DNA of 64,000 bases, from assembly GCA_020721865.1 (NCBI GenBank), contig DYLW01000001.1:13563-77562 (forward strand). Direction: 5' to 3'. The stretch comes from Leptospira biflexa (GTDB lineage Bacteria; Spirochaetota; Leptospiria; Turneriellales; DYLW01). Numbering within the stretch: position 1 is the first letter of the stretch; every line of letters begins with the position of its first letter. The translations under genes were made by a program, and so were the position numbers. Under the pieces are notes generated by a model. The model was not told the origin of the DNA. It was given only the letters and a program-made list of their open reading frames with translations, and did no database searches. Shown here in pieces: positions 1 through 9,408 of the stretch.

Positions 1-1
1 T

Positions 2-1231
2 GAAACAATAACCCAAGATAAGTGGGGTGCCTGGTTTTCCGTTTACATTCCAATAAAAAAAGGATCCAAGACCATTGCCATATTGGGTCTGGATCTGGAT
101 GCAAATTCAGAATATAATCTGTTAAATGAATACCGCTATATTCTGTTTTTTCTGGGTGGGATGATTATTCTTCTGACCAATGGAATATCCTTTCTCTTCA
201 CCCGTAAAATCATAAGGCCACTAAAAAAACTGGAAAAATCCACACACCAGATTGCCTCCGGAAACTATGATCTTGATATACCCGTTCACTCCCAGGACGA
301 AATTGGGCATCTGGCCCGGAGTTTTACCCGGATGGTAGACGTTGTCCGGAAAAATCAAGACGATTTGGAAACCCAGGTACAAAACCGGACCGTTGAGTTG
401 GAAGAATCACTGAATCAGCTCCGGTATCTCAAGCAAAAACAAGATGTGGATTATTTTTTAGCCGGGATGCTCGTGCTACCTTTGAGCAAAGATATGAATA
501 TCAATTCAGCCATCAAAACCGAATGGTTTATTGAGCAGAAGAAAAAGATTTATTACAGAAATCACCAGAGCCAGGCGGGAGGGGATTCCATTATAACCGC
601 TTCCCTCCTATTCCGGGACAGAGGGCATTGTGTCTTTTTTATCAACACAGACGCCATGGGAAAATCCCTGCAGGGAGCCGGGGGTAGCGTGGTCATTGGT
701 TCCATTGTGAATGCGTATCTTACCCCCATTGCTCCGGAAAAAGAAGTGTTAAATCTGGTGCCGGAAAAATGGCTTCAGGAGATATTTATCAATATTCAAC
801 GGGTTTTTGAGTCATTCCAAGGCAATATGTATGTCTCCTGTATCATGGGACTGGTGAATGAAGAAACCGGAAAGATGACATACATTAACGCTGACCATCC
901 TGCCCCCATCCTTTTCCGAGATAAAACCACCGGCATTATGGAACAGAACGTCATCATGAAAAAATTTGGAATGGCGGATCAGGGGAATCCGGGATTGAAT
1001 ATCTTTTATCTGAATCCGGGGGACATTGTCTTCATTGGATCAGATGGAAAGGATGATCTTCTGAAAGATGGCCGAAGGTTGGAAATGGACAATACCGTAT
1101 TTCAGAATTTAATCCGCACACATAATGGGAATCTCAACAATATACGGGAATCCATAAGCAACAACTATGAATTATCCGATGATATTTCTGTATTAAAAAT
1201 ATCTTTCAAAAATGACAGCACATTTTTATAA
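2..1231 (+). CDS. Membrane sensor SpoIIE/PP2C-family protein phosphatase with HAMP domain (5'-truncated by window edge)
   Basis: Frame is open from nt 2 (ETITQDKWGAWFSVYIPI...IAILGLD, end of a Cache-like domain). Then TM, HAMP (IIRPLKKL...DEIGHLARSF) and PP2C motifs GGD, DAMGKSLQGAGG, NADHP, GSDG, DDISVL. Confidence 0.88.
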   Translation, partial: ETITQDKWGAWFSVYIPIKKGSKTIAILGLDLDANSEYNLLNEYRYILFFLGGMIILLTNGISFLFTRKIIRPLKKLEKSTHQIASGNYDLDIPVHSQDEIGHLARSFTRMVDVVRKNQDDLETQVQNRTVELEESLNQLRYLKQKQDVDYFLAGMLVLPLSKDMNINSAIKTEWFIEQKKKIYYRNHQSQAGGDSIITASLLFRDRGHCVFFINTDAMGKSLQGAGGSVVIGSIVNAYLTPIAPEKEVLNLVPEKWLQEIFINIQRVFESFQGNMYVSCIMGLVNEETGKMTYINADHPAPILFRDKTTGIMEQNVIMKKFGMADQGNPGLNIFYLNPGDIVFIGSDGKDDLLKDGRRLEMDNTVFQNLIRTHNGNLNNIRESISNNYELSDDISVLKISFKNDSTFL

Positions 1232-2385
1232 AGGTACATACTGCCCGTAAAAAGGAACATATTTTTTCCAGGGGTATGATTGCATTCCTGGAATAATGTT
1301 GCGGACAACGCCGGAAAGGAATCCCCAGAATCTTCTGAAAAAAAACGGGGATCCCTCATGGGGAAAAGAAAATACTGAATTCTGGTTTGTTTCCCCAGAA
1401 TAGAATCCAGTATAATGCGATAAATCCTCATGTCTCTTTCCTTCATACTGTTCATGATGATATAAAGAGTATCGATATTTTTATTCCCAGCAAGTCGCAG
1501 AATTTCGTGTGCGAGATTTTCCATGGAAGCCGGGTTATGGGCTGCATCGTAGATAATCAGGGGATCTCTTCTGAGTATTTCCAGCCGCCCCGGAATATCC
1601 GGCGGGATTTCCTCCGGGGAAAATCCAAACAGTTTCAGAAACACCCATCGGGAAAAGCTGTAATTTCTCTGCAGATACGTTTTTTCCTGATCCCAGAGAG
1701 ATTCTGGAAAATAATGCACCGGACTGCCCGCATCCTGGGCTGCTTTGTCTATAACGCCGCGTGCCTCATCCTTTTGCGGAACGGAGAATACCGGAGTCCC
1801 GCTTTTGATGATTCCCGCCTTTTCCCATGCTATTTTCTCCAGTGTATCCCCCAGTATCGTTTCATGATCCATGGCAATCGATGTGAGAACCACTGCGGCA
1901 GGTTGAACAACATTAGTGGAATCCAAGCGCCCCCCTAATCCTGTTTCCAATACCGCCCAACCGGCATTTTTTTCCCGGAAATATTCCAACGCAGAAAGGG
2001 TAAAAAAATCAAAGTAGCTCATCTTGGACAAATCGTAAAACATCCGGAAATATCTGAAAAATTTGTATAATTCTCTTTCTGGAATATTTACTCCATTTAG
2101 CTGTATTCTTTCACATGGATGAATCAAATGGGGGGACGTATACAGACCGCAGGAATGTCCCTCCCGTTGTATCATTCTGTACAGATACGTGGCCACCGAT
2201 CCTTTCCCCAGCGTTCCCGCTATATGGATATAGGAAGTCGCAGAAGGAAAGAGAGTCCTCTCCTTTACCAGGGATTTCAGAGGTTCCGGAGAATAGCCAT
2301 TTTGCAGAGTAAACCTGCGACTTGCTTCATAATTGGAATGGGAAAAAAAATCATGGATAACGGGATAATAAGATTTTTCTTTCAA
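1165..2385 (-). CDS. folC: Folylpolyglutamate synthase/dihydrofolate synthase
   Basis: HIAGTLGKGS P-loop, GLYTSPHL, ERI, ETGLGGRLDSTNV, DHETILG, EKAGIIK, DAAHNP. TTG start overlaps the upstream stop (TTGA). Confidence 0.92.
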   Translation of the reverse strand: MKEKSYYPVIHDFFSHSNYEASRRFTLQNGYSPEPLKSLVKERTLFPSATSYIHIAGTLGKGSVATYLYRMIQREGHSCGLYTSPHLIHPCERIQLNGVNIPERELYKFFRYFRMFYDLSKMSYFDFFTLSALEYFREKNAGWAVLETGLGGRLDSTNVVQPAAVVLTSIAMDHETILGDTLEKIAWEKAGIIKSGTPVFSVPQKDEARGVIDKAAQDAGSPVHYFPESLWDQEKTYLQRNYSFSRWVFLKLFGFSPEEIPPDIPGRLEILRRDPLIIYDAAHNPASMENLAHEILRLAGNKNIDTLYIIMNSMKERDMRIYRIILDSILGKQTRIQYFLFPMRDPRFFSEDSGDSFPALSATLFQECNHTPGKNMFLFTGSMYLYKNVLSFLKDIFNTEISSDNS

Positions 2386-4106
2386 TTGTCTTTCATGCTT
2401 TTTTCAAGCTTTTTTAATTCAGCCATCCATTTTTTCAGTTCTTCTGGATTTTTTCTGCTCTCACGTATTTTTTGCAGAATGAACTGAAGCTTTCCCATCT
2501 TTTCCGCATTATCTTTTAATGTTTCATCCTGTTCCGGATTGTACGGATAGATAAAAAACTGATAATGGTTTGTACTGCTGAAAAGACCGCTTTTGGGATC
2601 TCTGGAACGGATATGAAGAAAATACCGCCCCGCTTTGAGATTTGCCGGAATCGTAATTTTCCCTTTTTCATGCTCGATGATGGCCGATGGGTTCTCTTTG
2701 GGTGCAGAACTGATGGACGCATAATAATTCACATTATCCAGATTGTTGATAAAGAATTCCATATTTCCTGATTTAATGGTACGGGGAGAAATTTCGTTTA
2801 ATAGAAAAATATAGGGTTCAGCGGGAGAATACTTCCAGTAAATGGGAATTCGGTACACCCAGCTTCTCTGGTTCCCATCCACCGCTTGGACAATAAAATA
2901 ATACATACCGCCTTTTAGATTATCTTTTTTGAATTCATTTCCGGGAATTTTTTTTATGTCGTCCAGCGGGTCAGCATATTTATTACCCGTCAAAAGATAA
3001 CGATATCCAAAATTCGGGCTGGAGGATTCCCAACGCATGACCAGCTCCGGAGAATTCCCCGTCATACGAATAAGCCAGTCGAATGCGGAAAGATAGGGCT
3101 GGGAAAGATCCCAGGATTCTGTGTACAAAAAATTAATATCAGAAAGCACGTTAAAGAAAAGTCCATCCTTTCTGAGAAGAGGCACAAAATAAAATCCGGT
3201 CATCATCCGCCGGCTCTGGAATTCTATTTTTGGTACCTGAGCGGAAAAATCATCAAAATCAATCCGGAATACAGAGCTTAATTTCCGCGAGGGGATGAAG
3301 ACAATGATTTTTTTTTCATAGCGAACCGGAATAATGTCATCTGCATACAGGAATTCCTTGGAATACATTACCTTCTGTGCCTGCACGTTTTTCCCGGCAA
3401 TGAAAAATTTATATAAATTTCCATAGACATCAAAGGCCATTAAATACATGTTTTTATTCATCTGAATAAACTGGGGTCTCTTCACAAAAAATGGAAGATT
3501 ATACCTCTGGTATTTTCCGTCCCGCCACACGTTCCAGTAAATACTTCCGGCACTCCGGTACAAAAGATGTACTTTTTTTTCTGACCATTGAAGGAAAATC
3601 CGGTCGATGGGAAATTCGCTGTTAAGAATATCCTGGTTCTGGTTCAGCTTCCAGATGGACACAACATGATTGAAATTCCGAATGGAATAGATCAGGGCAA
3701 CGGGATTCCCATCGGAGTCTACCCGCACATCTAAATCACTGATCTCAAATTTCAGAAAATCTTTTTTCTCATATATAATATCCCCGGTAGAATTAAAAAC
3801 AATGAAAACAATCTCCCGCTGGTCATGAAAGGATACCACCACCAAATCCCCATCCGCGAGAGCAAAATGTTTGATAATATCCGGAGGTTTACGGAAACGG
3901 TAAATTTCTTTGGATGTATATTTCTTATTCTTTTCTTTGACGGATAGCAAAACTGTTTTTTTCTTGAGGACAATGGTTTTTTCCAGCCAGATTTTTGTGT
4001 GGGTATCAATCAATTCCACATCCCGCATGGGTTCAAACGCAAAACCAGATTTCCAAACCACCACCAAAAGAATTAATGATATCCAAATTTTTTTCATAAG
4101 TATCAA
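2382..4106 (-). CDS. Exported hypothetical protein; beta-rich N-terminus, two C-terminal FN3/Ig-like repeats, helical tail
   Basis: 574-aa ORF with signal peptide (MKKIWISLILLVVVWKSGFA). Repeats NLKGGMYYFIVQAVDGN and NLKAGRYFLHIRSRD. Overlaps both neighbours by 4 nt. Confidence 0.7.
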   Translation of the reverse strand: MILMKKIWISLILLVVVWKSGFAFEPMRDVELIDTHTKIWLEKTIVLKKKTVLLSVKEKNKKYTSKEIYRFRKPPDIIKHFALADGDLVVVSFHDQREIVFIVFNSTGDIIYEKKDFLKFEISDLDVRVDSDGNPVALIYSIRNFNHVVSIWKLNQNQDILNSEFPIDRIFLQWSEKKVHLLYRSAGSIYWNVWRDGKYQRYNLPFFVKRPQFIQMNKNMYLMAFDVYGNLYKFFIAGKNVQAQKVMYSKEFLYADDIIPVRYEKKIIVFIPSRKLSSVFRIDFDDFSAQVPKIEFQSRRMMTGFYFVPLLRKDGLFFNVLSDINFLYTESWDLSQPYLSAFDWLIRMTGNSPELVMRWESSSPNFGYRYLLTGNKYADPLDDIKKIPGNEFKKDNLKGGMYYFIVQAVDGNQRSWVYRIPIYWKYSPAEPYIFLLNEISPRTIKSGNMEFFINNLDNVNYYASISSAPKENPSAIIEHEKGKITIPANLKAGRYFLHIRSRDPKSGLFSSTNHYQFFIYPYNPEQDETLKDNAEKMGKLQFILQKIRESRKNPEELKKWMAELKKLEKSMKDN

Positions 4107-6736
4107 ATCTTAAAAAACCTGCTCAAAATGTAAAAAAGTCTCCTCCTCACAAGAAACACAATTCCCAGAAATCCCAATAAGCCACCCCATATAACCAGGT
4201 TGGACGGGAAAGCGGATTTTTTTCCAACAATTAATCGATAGGAAGCGTAGTAACCTGCCTCTGTCAAGGGTTTGTCATTCAGAATCATTCGAACATTTAT
4301 ATAGTATTCTCCCGGCTTCAGGTTATACAGATACTCCTCCTGCCCATGAGAATTCACTTCCAGCCCCGGTAACCTCTGGCGGTCAGAGATTTCCCAGGAA
4401 AACCCATGCATTGCATACTGGTACTCCGCTGGGGCAAAAAACCGGACTTCATAATACCCGTTTCCCGGATTCACCAGAATGCTGGGAAGAGGTTTTACCG
4501 CTGGTGGCTTTTCCAGATGGGGAATTGTGGAATAAATCTCGCCGGATTCCCCGGTATCTTTCTGTATTTCTGCTGGAGGCTCCGGTTCTTCCTGTGGAAT
4601 GACATTGGTTATTTCTTCCGCACGGGAAAAGTAGATATGTTTAACAGAGGCTTTTCCTTTGTCCGCATACTGGACACCCACAGAAGCCACATAAACCTCT
4701 CCTTTAGGAAGGTTCTCAATATTCCGGGAAAACCTTAGGTTCCCCTCGCTGGATGTTGTTGGGACAATAAACTTATCCTGATACGGATCCGATGGATTTT
4801 TTCCAAGAGAAAGAAAAACCCCGGAAATTTTCTTCCCTTCGCCCTGGGACGGAATAGAAAAATCCAACTGGTTGTTTCTCACTTCCCCATCAGTAATGTT
4901 GGAAAAAATATCAAAAACAGAACCGGAGTTTTCCGGATCAATAATCACGGTAAAATTCCCATAGGCGGAACGGTTCCCGGCAATATCCTCTGCCTGAATT
5001 CGGAAATAGTAAGTGCCGGGTTCCACATTATTGAAAATCGCCTGATTTTTTTCTGTGTTTTTTTCCAGTTTGGTGGTAATATATGGCAAAAAAGAATAAT
5101 GATACCGGGTAACCTCAATATCGTCCTTGGATAAAAAGTTGAAAACCACCGTCCTGGCTTTGCTTCCCACTCTTTCTTTATGCGTGGGGGAAGAGATATC
5201 TGGAACTCCCGGAGGACCTGAATCGATAATAAAATTATAATGGGATGTTTCTGATTCATTCCCCGCTTTATCCATATACCGCAGATGCAGATAGTATATT
5301 CCTGGCTCCATGTAATCAATGGACAGCCCGGTCTTTGTCCCCGGCAGGTTATACAAATCCGGATTGGTCCCGGCAGATTTATCCACCAGATAAGCGTAGC
5401 CCTGGACTCCGGACGGATCTTTGGGAGCTTTCCATGAAAATGAAGCAGAATTACGGGAAACCGCTTTTTTTTCCGGATGCGTCCGGGAGGAAATCACCAG
5501 TTTTTCTGCTTCTGTATCCGCACGCTGGCGGTATAAAACGCCACCAGAGAGGTAATATAAATCCACGTTGGCGGAAGAAGATAAAAGGTATGGTTTTTTG
5601 GCATCAAACCGGGATTCCGATATCTGGTGATTCACCCCCACCAGTTCATTCATTGGTCTGTCCAGAAAAATCCCAAAAATCTGGGGTGGATTTTTCCGGT
5701 GATCCGACCAGGCAACAATTCTTCCGGATTTTTTGGAATACGCAATCTGTGGATTGTAACAACTCGCATTGGTGGCAGAAATTTTCCTAACCGGAGAGTT
5801 GAACGATTGATAAAATATCTCCCAGTTTTTTTCTGGATTGGCCTGCCATACCCAGTGGACGGTGTTGCCAAACACGGCGGCACGGGGAGAAAAATTATGA
5901 TAATCACGGGAAGTGATCTTCTGGATATCTGATCTATCGGAACCGGATATTTTAAAATAATGAATATTATCCTTGAAACTGTCCTGTCCCCTACTCTGGT
6001 AAAACACATGCATATCGTTTCCGGAAACACTCACGGACGGGAAAAATGCCCCCCGCCCGATAAAATGAATATCCTTCACGAGCATCTGAAAATCTGTGAA
6101 ACGGCCGTTTTTAAGTTTGGCACGGTAAAAAGTGAAAACATTGGCGGAATTTTCTTTCTGAAAAAACAGATAGATATTTCCAGAATAATCGGTTTCCAAC
6201 TGTGGTAGTACCAGTACCCCATCCAAATCCAGACGCTTTACACCGGATTCTGGATTGGCCAAGGTTTCCATCCCGTTTTCCGTATATTTATACTCAATAA
6301 TGGTTTTCCCGCTGGAAAAATCTGTTTTCTGCCATACAAGGACGGTTTTATTCCCCGCCACGGCAATATCCGCATTCACGGGAAACAACGCGGGCGAGGG
6401 CTTCAGATCCACGGTATGGGCAACCACAGACACAGCTCGTCCATTGCGGAAGGAAAGAATACACAAATCAATCTTTGCGGGAGCATTCGGAGAAAAGGCT
6501 CCCCGTATTTTCTGTGTAACCAGAGCCAGAGAGCCACTTTGTTTGTCGGTGTCCAGTTTATAGTCATGGGCCCCACCATCCATGGCCACCGGTGGATACC
6601 ATCCAGGAACCCCCCAGAGAAGCTGCGGACAAAAAAAGGCCAATAAGAAAGAAATTATCCCAAGAACATGCAAAGATGACAAAAATTTATTATTCATTCC
6701 CAGTGTATACATCGAACTAAAATCCCTTTTTATCAA
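4103..6736 (-). CDS. Large exported protein: propeller-like N-half, 3-4 FN3/Ig-like repeats, C-terminal TM anchor
   Basis: 877-aa ORF (start may be ATG 6697) with signal peptide. Repeats SSRTHP/SSPTHK ... EPGIYYLHLRYMDKAGN / EPGTYYFRIQAEDIAGN / KPGEYYINVR. Ends in a hydrophobic helix plus RRR. Confidence 0.72.
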   Translation of the reverse strand: MIKRDFSSMYTLGMNNKFLSSLHVLGIISFLLAFFCPQLLWGVPGWYPPVAMDGGAHDYKLDTDKQSGSLALVTQKIRGAFSPNAPAKIDLCILSFRNGRAVSVVAHTVDLKPSPALFPVNADIAVAGNKTVLVWQKTDFSSGKTIIEYKYTENGMETLANPESGVKRLDLDGVLVLPQLETDYSGNIYLFFQKENSANVFTFYRAKLKNGRFTDFQMLVKDIHFIGRGAFFPSVSVSGNDMHVFYQSRGQDSFKDNIHYFKISGSDRSDIQKITSRDYHNFSPRAAVFGNTVHWVWQANPEKNWEIFYQSFNSPVRKISATNASCYNPQIAYSKKSGRIVAWSDHRKNPPQIFGIFLDRPMNELVGVNHQISESRFDAKKPYLLSSSANVDLYYLSGGVLYRQRADTEAEKLVISSRTHPEKKAVSRNSASFSWKAPKDPSGVQGYAYLVDKSAGTNPDLYNLPGTKTGLSIDYMEPGIYYLHLRYMDKAGNESETSHYNFIIDSGPPGVPDISSPTHKERVGSKARTVVFNFLSKDDIEVTRYHYSFLPYITTKLEKNTEKNQAIFNNVEPGTYYFRIQAEDIAGNRSAYGNFTVIIDPENSGSVFDIFSNITDGEVRNNQLDFSIPSQGEGKKISGVFLSLGKNPSDPYQDKFIVPTTSSEGNLRFSRNIENLPKGEVYVASVGVQYADKGKASVKHIYFSRAEEITNVIPQEEPEPPAEIQKDTGESGEIYSTIPHLEKPPAVKPLPSILVNPGNGYYEVRFFAPAEYQYAMHGFSWEISDRQRLPGLEVNSHGQEEYLYNLKPGEYYINVRMILNDKPLTEAGYYASYRLIVGKKSAFPSNLVIWGGLLGFLGIVFLVRRRLFYILSRFFKI

Positions 6737-6887
6737 TATATTTTTGAAAATCCTCCGGCGAGAAAATATAAAATTATGGACAGATCACGACAGGAAAAAG
6801 CTTTACGGCACATACGGCCTTATTAAAATAACCTTATATTAATCTATTTTCGGGAGAGAAGCCATTCTTTGCCAAAAGGGGACCATC

Positions 6888-8522
6888 TTGAGATTGCGAA
6901 TACCTTTATTTACTCTCACTTTCCTCACCTATTTTCTTAATTCTGCGAATATCCGGGGGGTGGAATTAAAACCCATTGTTTCCACAGGAAAAAACTCTTC
7001 CCAATATGTTTTGCAGACCCGGCATTTCAATGTCCACTTTGATTCCCGGGGAGGAAAAATCCTCCGACTGGAACACCGCGACAGCGTGAATAAACTAAAG
7101 GATTCCATCAATCTGGCGGAGGATCCTTTTGAATTCACCGCCTATTTTAATCCGGAAAACCAGAAGGATATGAGAAACGCCGAGTTTACATTGGAACCAC
7201 GTCCGTCCAAGGATTACCAAGAGCTGTACGCCGGCACGGAATTATCGGATGGGAAAAAAGCCCGGCTCAAAGTGGGTAAGATATTTCGCTTTTATGATGA
7301 ATACCATTACTGGCAGTTTTCGCTGGAGTTCGTCAATACCGGCAGGGAAGACATCCAAATACCGGAGGTATACTTTCTCCCCATACTGGGCATTGGTCCG
7401 GTGGAACAGTCCCCGGATGCGAATTCCCGGACACAACAGTCGTTTTACGCATTTTATTTTGCCAATGGAAAGTTTGAAACCCTGAGAACATCCTCCGGCT
7501 CATCCAGTTTTCTGGGGCTGGGTTGCTCCGGGTCAGACGATAGTTCCAAAACCATCCGGGACAGTGTGGATTTTTTTGGAAAAAGCTCCCGTTTCATGAA
7601 CATGACCATCCAGCCGATGGAGAAGAACAACGGCCTTTATTATTTCCCGAAATCGGCCAATTCTCCGCAACAATTGCATTTATCCCAGAAAGGGTTTTCC
7701 CTTAAGCCCGGGGAAAAAAAGGAATACCATTTCTGGGTTTATTCCGGCCCCAAGGTAAAGGACTATGTGGATCTTTCCACAAAAGATTTCCAGAAGATCC
7801 CGGCCCTGTCCAAAATCCATGATGATCTATACAAAGCGTTTGACTTTGGATTCACCGGCCCCATCCGGGATCTGATTGTGGTAATCACGGAGCTTTTGTA
7901 TAAGCTCATTCCCAACTATGGAGTGGGTATTATTCTTTTTGCCATTTTATTCAAGGCGATTTTCTGGCCACTGAACCAGAAACAGGCAGAATCCATGAAA
8001 AAAATGCAGATCCTCCAGCCCAAGCTGAAAGAAATCAATGAGAAATATAAGGATAATCCTCAGGAAAAACAGAAAAGAACAATGGCTCTGTATAAGGATA
8101 ATAAGGTCAATCCACTGGGCGGCTGTTTGCCCATTCTGATCCAGATTCCCATTTTTATTGCTTTATATACCGCGTATTCAGACTCCTATGAACTCTGGAG
8201 ATCTCCTTTCATCTCCGGATGGATTGATGATCTCTCCCAGCCGGATACCGTGTACCGTTTTCCGGAGGCCATGTTTTTGATTGGGGGATTGTCCTTGAAT
8301 ATTTTGCCCATAGTCATGACTCTTACCCAATTTCTTCAAACAAAATTCACTACCGTTTCCACCGATGAAAGCCAGCAGAAAGTGATGATGTTTATGCCGT
8401 TTATTCTTTTATTCATATTCTGGACAATGCCCTCCGGTGTTGTTCTCTACTGGACAGTCACGAATATTCTTTCCGTGGTCCAGCAGTTGTACACAAACGC
8501 AAAAACCAAAATTGATTCTTAA
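6888..8522 (+). CDS. yidC: Membrane protein insertase YidC
   Basis: Periplasmic domain ending YSGPK, then NYGVGIIL, SMKKMQILQPKLKEI, NPLGGCLPILIQIPIF, WIDDLSQPD, PSGVVLYW. Confidence 0.95.
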   Translation: MRLRIPLFTLTFLTYFLNSANIRGVELKPIVSTGKNSSQYVLQTRHFNVHFDSRGGKILRLEHRDSVNKLKDSINLAEDPFEFTAYFNPENQKDMRNAEFTLEPRPSKDYQELYAGTELSDGKKARLKVGKIFRFYDEYHYWQFSLEFVNTGREDIQIPEVYFLPILGIGPVEQSPDANSRTQQSFYAFYFANGKFETLRTSSGSSSFLGLGCSGSDDSSKTIRDSVDFFGKSSRFMNMTIQPMEKNNGLYYFPKSANSPQQLHLSQKGFSLKPGEKKEYHFWVYSGPKVKDYVDLSTKDFQKIPALSKIHDDLYKAFDFGFTGPIRDLIVVITELLYKLIPNYGVGIILFAILFKAIFWPLNQKQAESMKKMQILQPKLKEINEKYKDNPQEKQKRTMALYKDNKVNPLGGCLPILIQIPIFIALYTAYSDSYELWRSPFISGWIDDLSQPDTVYRFPEAMFLIGGLSLNILPIVMTLTQFLQTKFTTVSTDESQQKVMMFMPFILLFIFWTMPSGVVLYWTVTNILSVVQQLYTNAKTKIDS

Positions 8523-8532
8523 CGGAGATAAT

Positions 8533-9402
8533 ATGCAGATACTTGAAACCCATGCAAACAATGAAAAAGAAGCGATCCAACTGAGTTCGGAGTACCTGGG
8601 AATATCCAAAGATGAGCTGGAACTCCAGATATTCCAGAAAGCATCCGGGGGCTTCCTGGGTCTGGGTAACAAAATACCCGGAATTTACCATATTTACGCA
8701 GTGGAAGGAAAAACACCGGTGGATGTTGTCATCAAAGGGGTGATTTCCACTATTCTGCACAAAATGGGGTACAAAGCCAAATTTGTGCGTTTTGAAACCC
8801 AGGAAGACGGCAAGCTGTATGTGGAAATATCCTCCCCCCACGCCGGATTTATTATTGGGAAACGAGGCAAAACTCTGGAAGCAATTCAGTTCCTGGCCAA
8901 TCTGATTGTGGAAAAATTTATCCACCGCCAACCCAAAATTCTTCTGGATCTGGAAAATTACCGGGCACGCCGGGCAGAGCACTTGGCGGAACTGGCTAAA
9001 AAACTGGCCTCCCAGGTGATGAAAACGGGAAAAAGCCGGCTTCTGGATCCACTGAATCCATACGAGCGGCGGATTATCCACTTGGCATTGCAAGACAGCG
9101 AGAGTGTGGAAACCAAATCCGAGGGCAACGGTGTGTATAAAAGAATCCGGATTACCAAGAAGAAAACAGCCACCGGAGCATCTCCGGAAGTCTATGATAT
9201 GGAATCCGATATTCCGGATGATTTTTCCGAAGAATACCAGGATGACAACCAGAACACCGCCATTCTGGTGGAAACTGATTCTAAATCCAATTATGAAAAA
9301 GAACAGGAAGAGGAACACCGGGTGTTATCCAGAGAAGAACCTGTGGATTCCCGGAACGGGAACACCATGATTCTGGAAACCCAGACCAAAAAAAATCGCT
9401 AA
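8533..9402 (+). CDS. jag: RNA-binding protein Jag/KhpB/EloR (Jag_N, KH, R3H)
   Basis: ATG 8533 follows GGAG. GGFLGLG, KH loop IIGKRGKTLEAIQ, R3H ERRIIH, SEG..KR. Lies between yidC and mnmE. Confidence 0.93.
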   Translation: MQILETHANNEKEAIQLSSEYLGISKDELELQIFQKASGGFLGLGNKIPGIYHIYAVEGKTPVDVVIKGVISTILHKMGYKAKFVRFETQEDGKLYVEISSPHAGFIIGKRGKTLEAIQFLANLIVEKFIHRQPKILLDLENYRARRAEHLAELAKKLASQVMKTGKSRLLDPLNPYERRIIHLALQDSESVETKSEGNGVYKRIRITKKKTATGASPEVYDMESDIPDDFSEEYQDDNQNTAILVETDSKSNYEKEQEEEHRVLSREEPVDSRNGNTMILETQTKKNR

Positions 9403-9408
9403 TTATAA

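Noticed and set aside
8458..9318. 286-aa antisense ORF over jag, and similar long antisense ORFs (9403-9984, 10128-10751, 33759-34427, 35675-36352, 36356-37042, 44320-45003, 49289-50011)
   Set aside because: Shadows of well-supported genes on the opposite strand, with no motifs and atypical composition.
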